DNA of 51,830 bases from Candidatus Bathyarchaeota archaeon (GTDB lineage: Archaea > Thermoproteota > Bathyarchaeia > Bathyarchaeales > DTEX01): the NCBI GenBank assembly GCA_018396975.1, contig JAGTQA010000015.1, positions 1 to 51,830 of the forward strand, given 5' to 3'. This document shows, in pieces, positions 28,353 to 38,097 of the stretch. A program made the position numbers and the translations under genes. A model generated the notes under the pieces. The model saw nothing but the letters and a program-made list of their open reading frames with translations. It was not told the DNA's origin and ran no database searches. Position 1 is the first letter of the stretch. Every line of letters starts with the position of its first letter.

Positions 28353-29828
28353 TTAACGGTAGAGCGCTGCCTCATCAGCCGAGGATGCCTCCCTAATAAA
28401 TGCGTCCAAATAAGCCCTTAAGTCATCCATATCTATTGGGGGTTTAGGTATCTCCTCCTCACCTAGATTGAGCAAAAATCTATCAAGCTCATGCGGCCTG
28501 ACACCTTCTAGGGCGGATTTTGCGCATAGGGCTGCGCCTAGGCCTGTGGCCTCCGGAAAGGTCGCTCTTAAGATCCTATTCTTTGGGAGTAGGGCTGAGA
28601 GGGTGGCTAGGTATATGTTGTTTCTTGCGAAGCCTCCCTGAACAATTATGTCAACCTCCCTCCCATCTGTTATTAATTTTATTGCCACATAGGATTCTAT
28701 TGCCAGATAGATGTTTAGTAGGTGATATGCCTCCCTAGCGCTCCTATTGAATGCCCCACCAATTAACCTCGCCCTAGACTTCTGGAATTGTCCGGAGCCG
28801 GGAACTAGGCCGGGCATTATGAAATCTTCCCTACGCTCCAGAATATCCTTCAAAATCCCCATGTCTAGGGCTATGTTTTCTAGGTCGGCTTGGAATCTGC
28901 TTCTTATGAGAGCCGTATAATAATCGTATTCGAAGCCTCCCTTAAATCTTGAGGATCTGACAGGCCTACGATATGCATCGATATAATATAGGACATCCCT
29001 ATGTAGGTCTTCGCCCCTCGGTTTGAATTCGCCGCCTGGATACATGAAGACGCACCATGTTCCAGTTGAGGCCAGTAGGAAATCTCCCCCACGAGCCATG
29101 TATGATAGTAAGCATGCGTTTGAGTCATGTATTCCTGGAGTAACGAGGATATTTGAGCCGTTAAGTTTATACTCGCCCAGCTGGCTCCAGACATCAGATA
29201 TTTCTGGCGATCTAGAGGGGACATTTAATCCCTCAGCCACACTGCTCCATCCACCCCTCCTTATATCGTATAAATATGTGTGGCAGCCTATGCTTGTGAT
29301 CTCGCTGGCCCTATATCCCGTAAGCGCGTATATGAGGTATTGTGGTAGGAATAATATCTCATCTATCTCCCTAAATATTTCCGGATATCTCTCCCTTATC
29401 CAGAAGAGTTGTATCCCAGCATTCAGAAGCTGCCCGTAAGGCGGTGTTCCAGTCGACATATATAGTTCGATTGGGCTCCCGAACTCGCTATAGAATTTGT
29501 CCCTAATATGCCCCTCAATCTCATGGTTATAGGATATTATTGGAAGCCTTAGGATTCCGCCCTTTAGGTTAGCTATTGTCGCGCCGAATGTTGTTATTGC
29601 CAGCGCCCTTATCCGCCACCTCCTAGCAGCCTCTGTCAGCTTGGCTTTCATCCATGAAACCATTGAGTCAGCGTCATCGCATAGTAAATTGCCAACCCTT
29701 ACCTCATCTATCCTCCTAGACTCCCCATATATTGGCTTCAGATCCTCCTCAGAGAAGACCAGAATTTTCTTATTGGACTTCCCTATGTCAAATACAACTA
29801 TTGTCTCGCCGTCCATAAATTCTCCCAC
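28353..29828 (-). CDS. FGGY-family carbohydrate kinase
   Basis: N-terminal VVFDIGKSN and the two-domain actin-like ATPase pattern (GIHDSNA, GGFARN). Confidence 0.65.
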   Translation of the reverse strand: MGEFMDGETIVVFDIGKSNKKILVFSEEDLKPIYGESRRIDEVRVGNLLCDDADSMVSWMKAKLTEAARRWRIRALAITTFGATIANLKGGILRLPIISYNHEIEGHIRDKFYSEFGSPIELYMSTGTPPYGQLLNAGIQLFWIRERYPEIFREIDEILFLPQYLIYALTGYRASEITSIGCHTYLYDIRRGGWSSVAEGLNVPSRSPEISDVWSQLGEYKLNGSNILVTPGIHDSNACLLSYMARGGDFLLASTGTWCVFMYPGGEFKPRGEDLHRDVLYYIDAYRRPVRSSRFKGGFEYDYYTALIRSRFQADLENIALDMGILKDILERREDFIMPGLVPGSGQFQKSRARLIGGAFNRSAREAYHLLNIYLAIESYVAIKLITDGREVDIIVQGGFARNNIYLATLSALLPKNRILRATFPEATGLGAALCAKSALEGVRPHELDRFLLNLGEEEIPKPPIDMDDLRAYLDAFIREASSADEAALYR

Positions 29829-29855
29829 CTAGGGAAATCCCAAAAAATAGAAATT

Positions 29856-30524
29856 CTATTCTTGGTTTTGTATATTTGCTAAATCCTCCTCACCGAGCTT
29901 TGCTGGCAGGGTCTCCTCACCCCGCCGCTCAAATATCTTCTTTAGCTGGCGCTTCATAACCTGTATGTTGCGGCTTAGGCCAAAGTAATCTGCGAAGTAA
30001 TCTGTTGTCTTCAGGATCATGTCCCTGCCGCTCTTCTCCCGCGTAACCAGCCCCATCTCAACTAGCTCCTTTATGTGGCTGTATGCGTGTCTCCCCCTAG
30101 CCTCCACAACCTGCTTTTGGGTTATCGGCTGCTTATAGGCTATATATGATAATGTTCTTAGGGGGCCATCCGTTAGGAGTGGTCTAATAGCCAGTCTCCT
30201 AACCCTATCCACATACTCCGTCTTGAGCTGTAGAACGAACCTTCCATCCTCAAGCTCAATTATCTCTAGGGCCGTGTTTCTCCGCGCATACTCCTTCATC
30301 AATACCCTCGCAAGCTTCTGAACCCTCCTCTCAGACCTAGAACCCAAAATCTTACATAGGGTCTTCAGGTCTAGCGGCCGCCCGGCAACATAGAGCGCTG
30401 CCTCAAGCAACCTAAGCTTTGCATCGGCATCGTTCCTAGCCGCCCTTCTCTTCTCCTCCCTCTTTTCTCTATCGGTCTGGTTCTCTACGCTAGCCGCTAA
30501 TGTCAGCCCCAGACACCTCCCCAT
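29856..30524 (-). CDS. scpB: segregation and condensation protein B
   Basis: LLEAALYVAGRPLDLKTLCKIL and tandem winged-helix domains. Follows scpA. Confidence 0.85.
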   Translation of the reverse strand: MGRCLGLTLAASVENQTDREKREEKRRAARNDADAKLRLLEAALYVAGRPLDLKTLCKILGSRSERRVQKLARVLMKEYARRNTALEIIELEDGRFVLQLKTEYVDRVRRLAIRPLLTDGPLRTLSYIAYKQPITQKQVVEARGRHAYSHIKELVEMGLVTREKSGRDMILKTTDYFADYFGLSRNIQVMKRQLKKIFERRGEETLPAKLGEEDLANIQNQE

Positions 30525-31176
30525 TCAGGGTTACATATATCTCGCCGAACTCCTCATGTTGCCATAGGGTTATCTTACCCCTTTGCGCCATGAAGAGGAG
30601 GATTACGAAGACCCTCACCATTTCAATCCTCCCCAATCCCTCAACGAGCTTCGAGAAGGTTATTATATCGCCTCTATCGACCAGCAGCCTCATTTTTCTG
30701 GTTAACCGCTCAATCTCATCCTCAATCTCCATCAGATATGCACTTATGGTTGGAACTATCTCTGGTGGTGGGAGTATGGGCTTTTGGGGCGCCTTAAGTG
30801 TTAGGAGACTCTCGCTCCTCAAGGCCTCATCCAAGGCCTCTATGAGACTCTCTATAGTTGTTGTTGTCAGCTCGTAGCGTAAGGGTAAAATTAATGGGGG
30901 CGGCACAAAATCCACGCTGGGCTTAGGCTGGGCTGTTGGCGGCTCCTCAAGCTTTAGGAGGAGGTTTGACTTTAGGAGATATATGGATGCTGAGGAGTCT
31001 AGGGCTACGCCGGATGCCCTAAAATCTATGTTAGCCCTCCGCTCCATCTCCTCAAGAAATGAGAGGAGCAGGAAGGCTATCTTTACGCTCCAAGGATTGA
31101 TCCTCTGCAGCTTATGCACGTTGAATAGTATGTCCCATGGTGGTTGGAGATAGAAGGGCTTATTGTCGGCATTCAT
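30490..31176 (-). CDS. scpA: segregation and condensation protein A (kleisin)
   Basis: Position between smc and scpB (4-nt overlap with smc), ~228 aa, and the winged-helix C-terminus RIEMVRVFVILLFMAQRGKI. Confidence 0.8.
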   Translation of the reverse strand: MNADNKPFYLQPPWDILFNVHKLQRINPWSVKIAFLLLSFLEEMERRANIDFRASGVALDSSASIYLLKSNLLLKLEEPPTAQPKPSVDFVPPPLILPLRYELTTTTIESLIEALDEALRSESLLTLKAPQKPILPPPEIVPTISAYLMEIEDEIERLTRKMRLLVDRGDIITFSKLVEGLGRIEMVRVFVILLFMAQRGKITLWQHEEFGEIYVTLNGEVSGADISG

Positions 31177-34100
31177 GCCCCCACCCCCTTAAATGTTGTT
31201 GAGATTACATGCGATACTCCATTCTGTCCATAAACCCCATAGATTCTATCAGCCTTACTAATCATCTCAGGCTTTAAGGTTATGACTATGAATTGGAGCT
31301 GGGATTTGGCAGCCTCCTCAGCCAATAGCTCGCCAAGCCTCTCAACATGGAATGCGTCTAGATGAGCGTCTATCTCATCGAAGAGATAGAAGGATGCTGG
31401 CGAGAATTCTTGGAGCGCGAACAAGAATGCAACGGCTGACACTGATCTTTCACCACTACTCGCCCCGCTCACCAGTATTGGGGGTTTTCCGGGGAACTGA
31501 ACTATCATGTCTATTCCCCCAGCGAATGGATTCTCTGGATTCTCGAGCTTTAGGGATGCGCTGCCCCCACCTGTCAGCCTAGAGAAGTATCCGTTTATTC
31601 TCTCATTTATTTTGTTGAAAGCATCCATGAAGACTTCACGCTTCTTCCGCTCAATCTCATCTATAAACCTTAGGATTGCCATCTTCTCCTCCTCAAGCTC
31701 ATTAAGCCTTGTCGAGAGTTCCTTATACCTTGAGACTTGCTCCGCATACTGTGTCTCGGCCAGCTGATTAACTGCGCCTATACGGTTGAGCTCATCCATC
31801 ATGAGTCTTAAGCGCGAGTCTATGTCTAGGCGGGCAATGATCTCATGTGGCAAATCGATCGGCTCATCGTAGCCTAGTGCCTTAAGTCTCTCCCTATATT
31901 GGCCCACCCTAAGGTTTAATGTCTGGAGTTTAAGTCTCAGCTCATTGAGCGCCCTTACCCCATCCTCATAATCCCTATCCAGCCTTAGGATCTCATTCTC
32001 TAAGGTATCTAACTCTGAAGTAAACTTCTTCACCTCCTCCTTAGCGCCCTCGAGGTCCCTAGATATCTCCATCCTCATCCTCTCTAGCTCCTCGATTCTC
32101 CTCTCAACCTCCTCCCTCTCCCTAGTGGCGCTCGCAACATTATCCTCTAGGGATGATATCTGCCCAGAAATGTCCTCTATTTGGGCTGCTATATTCTTTA
32201 GGCTCACCTTTAACGCGTTCTCTATTTTCGATCTTAGGGCCGATATTTCGGACTCAACACCATTATACTTCTGCTTGAGGAGTATTATCTCGCGTGCAAT
32301 AGTCTCGCGCTTAGAGTCCTTATCGTGCAGATTTAATAGGCTTATCTCCTCCCTTAGGCGCTTAAGCTCCTCACTTAATGCCCTCTCTCTTTCGCCTATC
32401 TCCCTAAGTCTCTCTTCATAGGATGCCAGCTGAGCCCTATCACCTTCTATTCGACCCATTAAATCGGCTATTGTCTTCTCAGCCTGCTCAATACTCAACT
32501 CAGCTTGGGATATGCTCCTCTTAACCCTCTCAACCTCACCCTCAACCTTACCTATAGACTCAGATAACCCAGCTATGTCGCTTTGTATCTTCGCTATTTC
32601 ACCCTCTATCTCAGCAATGAGACCCTCCCTATTCTCCAGATAACCCCTTAATGTCCTGACAGCCTTATCCAGATTCTTCAGGGCCTCATCGCTTGGAATA
32701 AAGGATGATAGGTCTATTGGGGTCCTGTAGAATCCGCTCTCAACCCCTCCGCCAGCCTCATAGAGATCGCCGCTTAACGTAACTACGCGGAGCCCCTCCT
32801 TAGAGGCCCTTAACGCAGCCTCCTCATTTAGGGCTAGTAGGGTGTCTCCAAGAACAAAGTTTACAGCGGCCTCATAGCGCCCATCACACTTAACGAATGA
32901 CGATATAGGCTCCCCCAAACCATCAATGTTCAGGGGTTTGGCGAAAACACCGCTGCTATTTGGCGATAACCCCTTTAAAGGAATTATCTTCACCCTACCA
33001 AGCTTCATTCTCCTTAAGGTCTCTATGCACGTGAATGCGACATCTAAGTCCTCAACAACTAGGGAGTCAAGCCATCCGGATGCGGCGGCCTCAACAGCCT
33101 TCTCATAGCCGCTCTTAATCTTTATCAGGTTCTTGAGTCTTCCGTGAATGCCGCCTATAACCCCTAGAGCGCTGAGCTCCTCAAGGTTTCTTAGGGCCAT
33201 CTCCTCAGACTTAATCTTCTTCACCAGATCCTTCTGGGCCTCGAACTCTATGAGTGCGCTCCTAGCTGCCTCAGCGATCCTCTCAGCCTCCTTAATCTCC
33301 TTCTCTAGAATAGCCCTCCGCCTAGCCCTCTTCTCCAAAGTCGCCTGCAACCCCTTCATCTGCTCCATCTGGCCGCTTAATATCTCCTGTAGTCTAAGCA
33401 GCGACTCCTGCAGTTTCTCCCTGGAGGACTTAAGATCTTCCATCTTGGCTTTTACATCCTCGAGCCTTTGTGTGAGCACGGTTATCCTCGATTGGAGCCT
33501 TTCACGCTCACCCTCAATCGAAACCCTCTCCTTACGCAGTTGATTCAGCTGCTCCTCAATCTCATCAGCTCTCCTCGCCCTCTCCTCAAAGGCTGATCTT
33601 ACCCTCGCAATATCGTCAGATATGGAGTTGTAGAGGGATTGTTTCTCATCTATCTCCCTACCGAGCTGCTCTAATGTGGCCGTTAGCTGAGCAATCCTCT
33701 CCTCAACCCTTCTAATCTCGCCCACAATATCCTCAGATTGCTTTTGAAGTCTCTCCCTTAGGTTCTTAAGCCTCTCAATACTTGCCCTACCATCACTTAT
33801 CCTCGAAGTGATCTCACTTAGCCTAGATCTTAGGCTTCCAATACTCACTTGAATCTCAACTATGCTGCTCCGTTTCTTCTCAGTCTCCTCGAAGCCTATT
33901 TTCCGAAGCTCATTCTCCAGCTCGCGGCGCCTTAACCTAAGGTTCTCCCTAAGCTCACCCAACTCCCTATTCTTCTCCTCAAGCCCCACAATCTTGCGCG
34001 ATATCTCCTCTATCTCGGCCTCTAGGGCTCTTATCTCCCCAGATATCTTTATTGACTCCAGATAGGCTATCTCCTTCCTAAGGAGGTTATAGCGTAGGAG

Positions 34101-34739
34101 ATTGTTCCGCTCCCTCTCTAAATCCTCAAGCCTCCTCTGAACCTCACCTATCTGTCCTAGGGCCGTCTTTATCGCTACATCCGCCTCCCTAAGCTTAGCC
34201 TCCGCCTCAGATTTCTCAGCATCATACTGGGCTATTCCAAGCATGTCCTCAATGATCTTCCTACGCTCCTGTGTAGATACCTCAGCCATGCGCGTTAGAG
34301 TACCCTGTAGAACAATATTATGTCCATATGGGCTTATCCCGGCGACTGAGAGAACCTCAAGTAGGTGGTTTCTTGGAACTCTTCTACCATTTATCCTATA
34401 TATGCTCTCGCCATTACGGTCTATTTCACGCGATATTGTAACAGTTGCAGTCTCAACGGGTATGCGCCCATCAGAATTATCAAATTGTATTATAACCTTC
34501 GCCTCGCTCTTCCTTATATTTGATCCCCCACCGCCATTAAATATGAGGTTGGAGAAGCTCTCGGCTCTAAGCCTCTTGGCGCTCAGCTCACCCAGACAGA
34601 AGAGGATGGCATCTATAATGTTGGTTTTGCCGCTGCCATTAGGCCCGGTTATAACTGTGAAGCCCCTATCAAATGATAGCGTGGTCTTTAAGCCAAACGT
34701 CTTGAAACCATTTATCTCTATACGCTTAATGTATGGCAT
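31173..34739 (-). CDS. smc: chromosome segregation protein SMC
   Basis: Walker A GPNGSGKTN, long coiled coils, a hinge, the signature SGGERS-like LVSGASSGERS, and Walker B YLFDEIDAHLD. Confidence 0.95.
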   Translation of the reverse strand: MPYIKRIEINGFKTFGLKTTLSFDRGFTVITGPNGSGKTNIIDAILFCLGELSAKRLRAESFSNLIFNGGGGSNIRKSEAKVIIQFDNSDGRIPVETATVTISREIDRNGESIYRINGRRVPRNHLLEVLSVAGISPYGHNIVLQGTLTRMAEVSTQERRKIIEDMLGIAQYDAEKSEAEAKLREADVAIKTALGQIGEVQRRLEDLERERNNLLRYNLLRKEIAYLESIKISGEIRALEAEIEEISRKIVGLEEKNRELGELRENLRLRRRELENELRKIGFEETEKKRSSIVEIQVSIGSLRSRLSEITSRISDGRASIERLKNLRERLQKQSEDIVGEIRRVEERIAQLTATLEQLGREIDEKQSLYNSISDDIARVRSAFEERARRADEIEEQLNQLRKERVSIEGERERLQSRITVLTQRLEDVKAKMEDLKSSREKLQESLLRLQEILSGQMEQMKGLQATLEKRARRRAILEKEIKEAERIAEAARSALIEFEAQKDLVKKIKSEEMALRNLEELSALGVIGGIHGRLKNLIKIKSGYEKAVEAAASGWLDSLVVEDLDVAFTCIETLRRMKLGRVKIIPLKGLSPNSSGVFAKPLNIDGLGEPISSFVKCDGRYEAAVNFVLGDTLLALNEEAALRASKEGLRVVTLSGDLYEAGGGVESGFYRTPIDLSSFIPSDEALKNLDKAVRTLRGYLENREGLIAEIEGEIAKIQSDIAGLSESIGKVEGEVERVKRSISQAELSIEQAEKTIADLMGRIEGDRAQLASYEERLREIGERERALSEELKRLREEISLLNLHDKDSKRETIAREIILLKQKYNGVESEISALRSKIENALKVSLKNIAAQIEDISGQISSLEDNVASATREREEVERRIEELERMRMEISRDLEGAKEEVKKFTSELDTLENEILRLDRDYEDGVRALNELRLKLQTLNLRVGQYRERLKALGYDEPIDLPHEIIARLDIDSRLRLMMDELNRIGAVNQLAETQYAEQVSRYKELSTRLNELEEEKMAILRFIDEIERKKREVFMDAFNKINERINGYFSRLTGGGSASLKLENPENPFAGGIDMIVQFPGKPPILVSGASSGERSVSAVAFLFALQEFSPASFYLFDEIDAHLDAFHVERLGELLAEEAAKSQLQFIVITLKPEMISKADRIYGVYGQNGVSHVISTTFKGVGA

Positions 34740-34838
34740 CCCAGCGCTCCCTCAGCTACTCCACTACCCTAGCCGATACAGCCAAATTCCCTTAAATCCT
34801 TAAGCTTGATACTGGTGATGTAACTTGGACTAAGTAAC

Positions 34839-35369
34839 CTATCTTCCCTTAGCCTCCCGGAATACTTCAGCCATCTTTCTAACGAAGCTCTTTATACCCT
34901 CATCCCCACCATAAACTAACACATACCCATCCTCTTCAACCCTACATTTTAGGCCGCATTCGCCCACAATCTTCTTAATCACCTCAAGTGGGACATCATC
35001 TGTCACCTGAACCCTAATCCACCTCTCCTCCCTAGGAAGCCCGGGACGGAACCTTACTTGTGGCTCCACCACAGCCTCCTCAAACTCAACCTCACATATC
35101 CTCCTTAAAATCTCGTTCACATACTTCTCCCCAAACCTCTCCTTGGCAGCCGAGAGAACATAAGCCTCAACGCTACTCAAATATTCTTCTAGGCGCGAGA
35201 TATTCTCCGGACGGGATCTGTCAGCCTTAACAATCTCGATCATTGTCTTCGCCGAGCGCAAATCATTAATTACGCTGGGCGGCACATCCCAACCACTCCT
35301 ACGGAGATCCGTGATTACATCTGCCAGAATCCTCCAGCGCCTCTCCCAATCCATCATATTATACCTCAC
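34839..35369 (-). CDS. hypothetical protein (conserved archaeal type)
   Basis: 176-aa ORF with good coding appearance. No motif assigned. Confidence 0.5.
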   Translation of the reverse strand: MRYNMMDWERRWRILADVITDLRRSGWDVPPSVINDLRSAKTMIEIVKADRSRPENISRLEEYLSSVEAYVLSAAKERFGEKYVNEILRRICEVEFEEAVVEPQVRFRPGLPREERWIRVQVTDDVPLEVIKKIVGECGLKCRVEEDGYVLVYGGDEGIKSFVRKMAEVFREAKGR

Positions 35370-35572
35370 GAAGCAGATAACGCCAATACAACAATAAACT
35401 TATCGGCTGAAAAATCAACATATTCCTAGGATAAGATGCTGATGAGATGAGCAGGAGCGAGATAGAATCCAATAACATAACCATTCTATCATCCCCGCAC
35501 AATTAAGGATGCCGCCCATGCATAAATATCCATTTCTAATATGCTAATCTACACATTACACATAAGTGTGTA

Positions 35573-35610
35573 GAGGGAGGAGAGGCTACTCCGAAAGATA
35601 GGGAGGTATC
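35573..35610 (-). repeat. 38-nt pyrimidine-rich intergenic element, copy 3 (inverted orientation)
   Basis: The reverse complement GATACCTCCCTATCTTTCGGAGTAGCCTCTCCTCCCTC is 34/38 identical to copy 2. It starts 16 nt after the stop of the minus-strand gene 35626..36027. It is followed, in its own orientation, by a 7-bp hairpin at 35549..35573. Confidence 0.8.
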
Positions 35611-35625
35611 TATTTAGGGGAGAAC

Positions 35626-36027
35626 CTAAAGCAGATAACTCCCCTCTACACTATCCCTCTCCCCCTTCTTCCTTGCCACATCAAGCAGCGCCCTATAGTA
35701 CTCACCGCTCTCGATCTTCTGGCATATATATGAAAGGGTCTCATGAACACTCCTAAAATACTCTTTATCCTCCTCGTTAATCTCCCTCTTCTCAATTAAC
35801 ATAACCCTCATCTTAATTCCCAAACCAGCCTCCCTAATGGATTGGTAGAGCACCCTATGCCCAACCAGTGACAGCTGAGGATATATGTCCGTTGAGAGCC
35901 TAATCAGCTCATCGCCAACGCGCTTAAGCCTAGCAAAGTCCCATGAGAGCATGCAATCCTCGCTCTCGGTGAGAATCTCTCTCAACCTAACACTAATCCT
36001 GTCGAGTATTGGCAGAAACCTCTCCAA
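35626..36027 (-). CDS. hypothetical helical protein
   Basis: 133-aa ORF. No motif recognised. Confidence 0.45.
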   Translation of the reverse strand: MERFLPILDRISVRLREILTESEDCMLSWDFARLKRVGDELIRLSTDIYPQLSLVGHRVLYQSIREAGLGIKMRVMLIEKREINEEDKEYFRSVHETLSYICQKIESGEYYRALLDVARKKGERDSVEGSYLL

Positions 36028-36141
36028 ATCAAGCCCTCACCAAAAAATATTTCATTATGCCCTTATATAATTGAGGGTTCCTCTAAACAAAACAGTTTTA
36101 TGCCCGGCAGAGCTGCTTTAATAGATTGAGGGGATACGCTC

Positions 36142-36357
36142 TTGTCCTATAGGCAGAGGGCAGTAACATGCCCAAAATGCGGCTTCCAATTCGACATACT
36201 ATATGCTAGGACAATATCATGCCAAGGATGCAACAGAATACTGTCTTCATTAAGCTGCGAGTATGTAAAGTGCCCGAGATGCGAGTTTGAGTTCCCACTC
36301 TCAAGGAGCGCTGCGAAAGCAGCTAATGTCTTGAAGAGGTGGAGACCCAGCATTTAG
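36142..36357 (+). CDS. small double zinc-ribbon protein
   Basis: CPKC..CQGC and CPRC pairs; TTG start; 71 aa. Confidence 0.4.
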   Translation: MSYRQRAVTCPKCGFQFDILYARTISCQGCNRILSSLSCEYVKCPRCEFEFPLSRSAAKAANVLKRWRPSI

Positions 36358-36368
36358 CCCCCAATAAA

Positions 36369-36980
36369 CTACTTGCGCCTAAATCTTATCTCAGCGCTTA
36401 GGGCCTTAAGCTTCTCCTCCAATCTCCTATTCCTCTCCTCAGCCTCTGCAAACATACCCTCCCATCTTTTACCCTTAATCTCGCTGGAGATCTTCTCGAT
36501 CACTGACGGGATCCTCTCGATCGTAGATGATAAGGCCTCGGTGAAGTATTTGTCGTCTGAGACCACCTCTAGAGCCTCCTCTGGACAGTACTTTACACAT
36601 TTAGGCTCGCCATCACATAGGTCGCAGGCTATGACGAGAGGCTTCTCCGGATGGAGCATTATTCCACCGTAGGGGCATGCTTGGATGCATAGGACGCAGC
36701 CATCACACTTCTCCTCATCTATAATGAGTATTCCGCCTCTCTCAGACTGCTTTATTGCATTCCTAGGGCAAGCCCTAACGCATGGAGCATTCTCGCAGAA
36801 GCGGCATGTAACCGTGAGATTAAAAATCGGATTTAAATGTATAACCCTTATCCTAGACTTTAGTGGGTTCGGCTCCCCCTCCTTCTCTAGGGCGCAGACA
36901 AACTCGCATAGGCTGCAACCTATACACTTGCTTGGGTTAACGGAGACAAAGCGTCTAGCGGTGAAACCAACCCTATCCAT
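36369..36980 (-). CDS. 4Fe-4S dicluster (multi-cluster) ferredoxin-domain protein
   Basis: CIGCSLCEFVC, CRFCENAPCVRACP, CDGCVLCIQACP and CDLCDGEPKCVKYCP cluster motifs. Start taken at an internal Met. Confidence 0.8.
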   Translation of the reverse strand: MDRVGFTARRFVSVNPSKCIGCSLCEFVCALEKEGEPNPLKSRIRVIHLNPIFNLTVTCRFCENAPCVRACPRNAIKQSERGGILIIDEEKCDGCVLCIQACPYGGIMLHPEKPLVIACDLCDGEPKCVKYCPEEALEVVSDDKYFTEALSSTIERIPSVIEKISSEIKGKRWEGMFAEAEERNRRLEEKLKALSAEIRFRRK

Positions 36981-37125
36981 ACTATGAACCCCGCACCTTT
37001 TATTCTTCAATTTAAAGCCCAAGATTTAAGCTTCTCGATAAACTAGGATTTTTAGTTAAGAATGAGCATTACATTAAAGAATCCCTTAAGCCACCTAATA
37101 ATTTTAGGCATATTGGCATGAAATT

Positions 37126-38082
37126 ATGGGGAAAGATGATGGCGCCTTGACGGAGGCAAAATCCGCTGGTAAGTTTAGGAGAAAGAGGCTGCCAGTATTC
37201 AATTCTTCTAGGTCCGCCCTCTGCACATGCCCGCCAAAATATAATATAAACCCCTATCTGGGCAGATGTTCCCACAACTGCCTATATTGCTATGCCATAA
37301 AATTCCCAAGCTTCACGGGCCCAATCATCCCACGCCTAAAACTCAAGGAGGAGATTTTGGAGATGGCTAGGGGAACTGGGATGCGCCTACCGGTCATGCT
37401 CAGCGATTCAACAGACCCGTATCAACCGCTCGAAAAGGAGTATGAGTTGACAAGGGCATGTCTAGAGACCCTATCCAAATATGAGTTTCCACTGCTAATC
37501 GTTACAAAGTCGGATCTGGTTGTAAGGGATATTGACATATTTAAGAAGACGCCAACCGTTGTCTCCATTACCATAACCACATGCCGCGATGATATCTCAG
37601 CGCTAATCGAGCCAAACGCTCCAAAGCCACATGCAAGATTCACGGCCCTAAAGAAGATTGCCGATGAGAATATACCAACCGTTATCAGAATAGACCCAAT
37701 AATACCGACGGTTAACTCAGACCTCAGCGACCTCAAACAAATCGTCTCCAAAGCCTCCAAGATAGGTGTTAAACAGATAACGGCATCCACAATGAAGATG
37801 GTTAGGGGCCTACCAGAGGTAATGAGGAGCATAAACCCCCATCTCTATAGTAGACTGGCCAAAATCTACTCTGGCGGGGAATGGATTGGGGGCTATAAGT
37901 ATCTAAATAGAGACTTGAGGCTAGGCATACTAAAGGCCCTAAGGTCAATAGTCCAAGAATACGGCCTAGAGTTTGCAACCTGCCGGGAGGGTTTCCAAGA
38001 ACTAAACACTACAATATGTGATGGAACAGCCTATTGCCGAAGGACCCTAGACGGCCTCCTAAAATCGAGAAGCGCCAAATAA
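37126..38082 (+). CDS. radical SAM protein (SplB/DNA-photolyase-like family)
   Basis: CSHNCLYCYA CxxxCxxC motif about 50 aa from the N-terminus; ~318 aa. Confidence 0.7.
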   Translation: MGKDDGALTEAKSAGKFRRKRLPVFNSSRSALCTCPPKYNINPYLGRCSHNCLYCYAIKFPSFTGPIIPRLKLKEEILEMARGTGMRLPVMLSDSTDPYQPLEKEYELTRACLETLSKYEFPLLIVTKSDLVVRDIDIFKKTPTVVSITITTCRDDISALIEPNAPKPHARFTALKKIADENIPTVIRIDPIIPTVNSDLSDLKQIVSKASKIGVKQITASTMKMVRGLPEVMRSINPHLYSRLAKIYSGGEWIGGYKYLNRDLRLGILKALRSIVQEYGLEFATCREGFQELNTTICDGTAYCRRTLDGLLKSRSAK

Positions 38083-38097
38083 GGTCCCTCTTCAACT

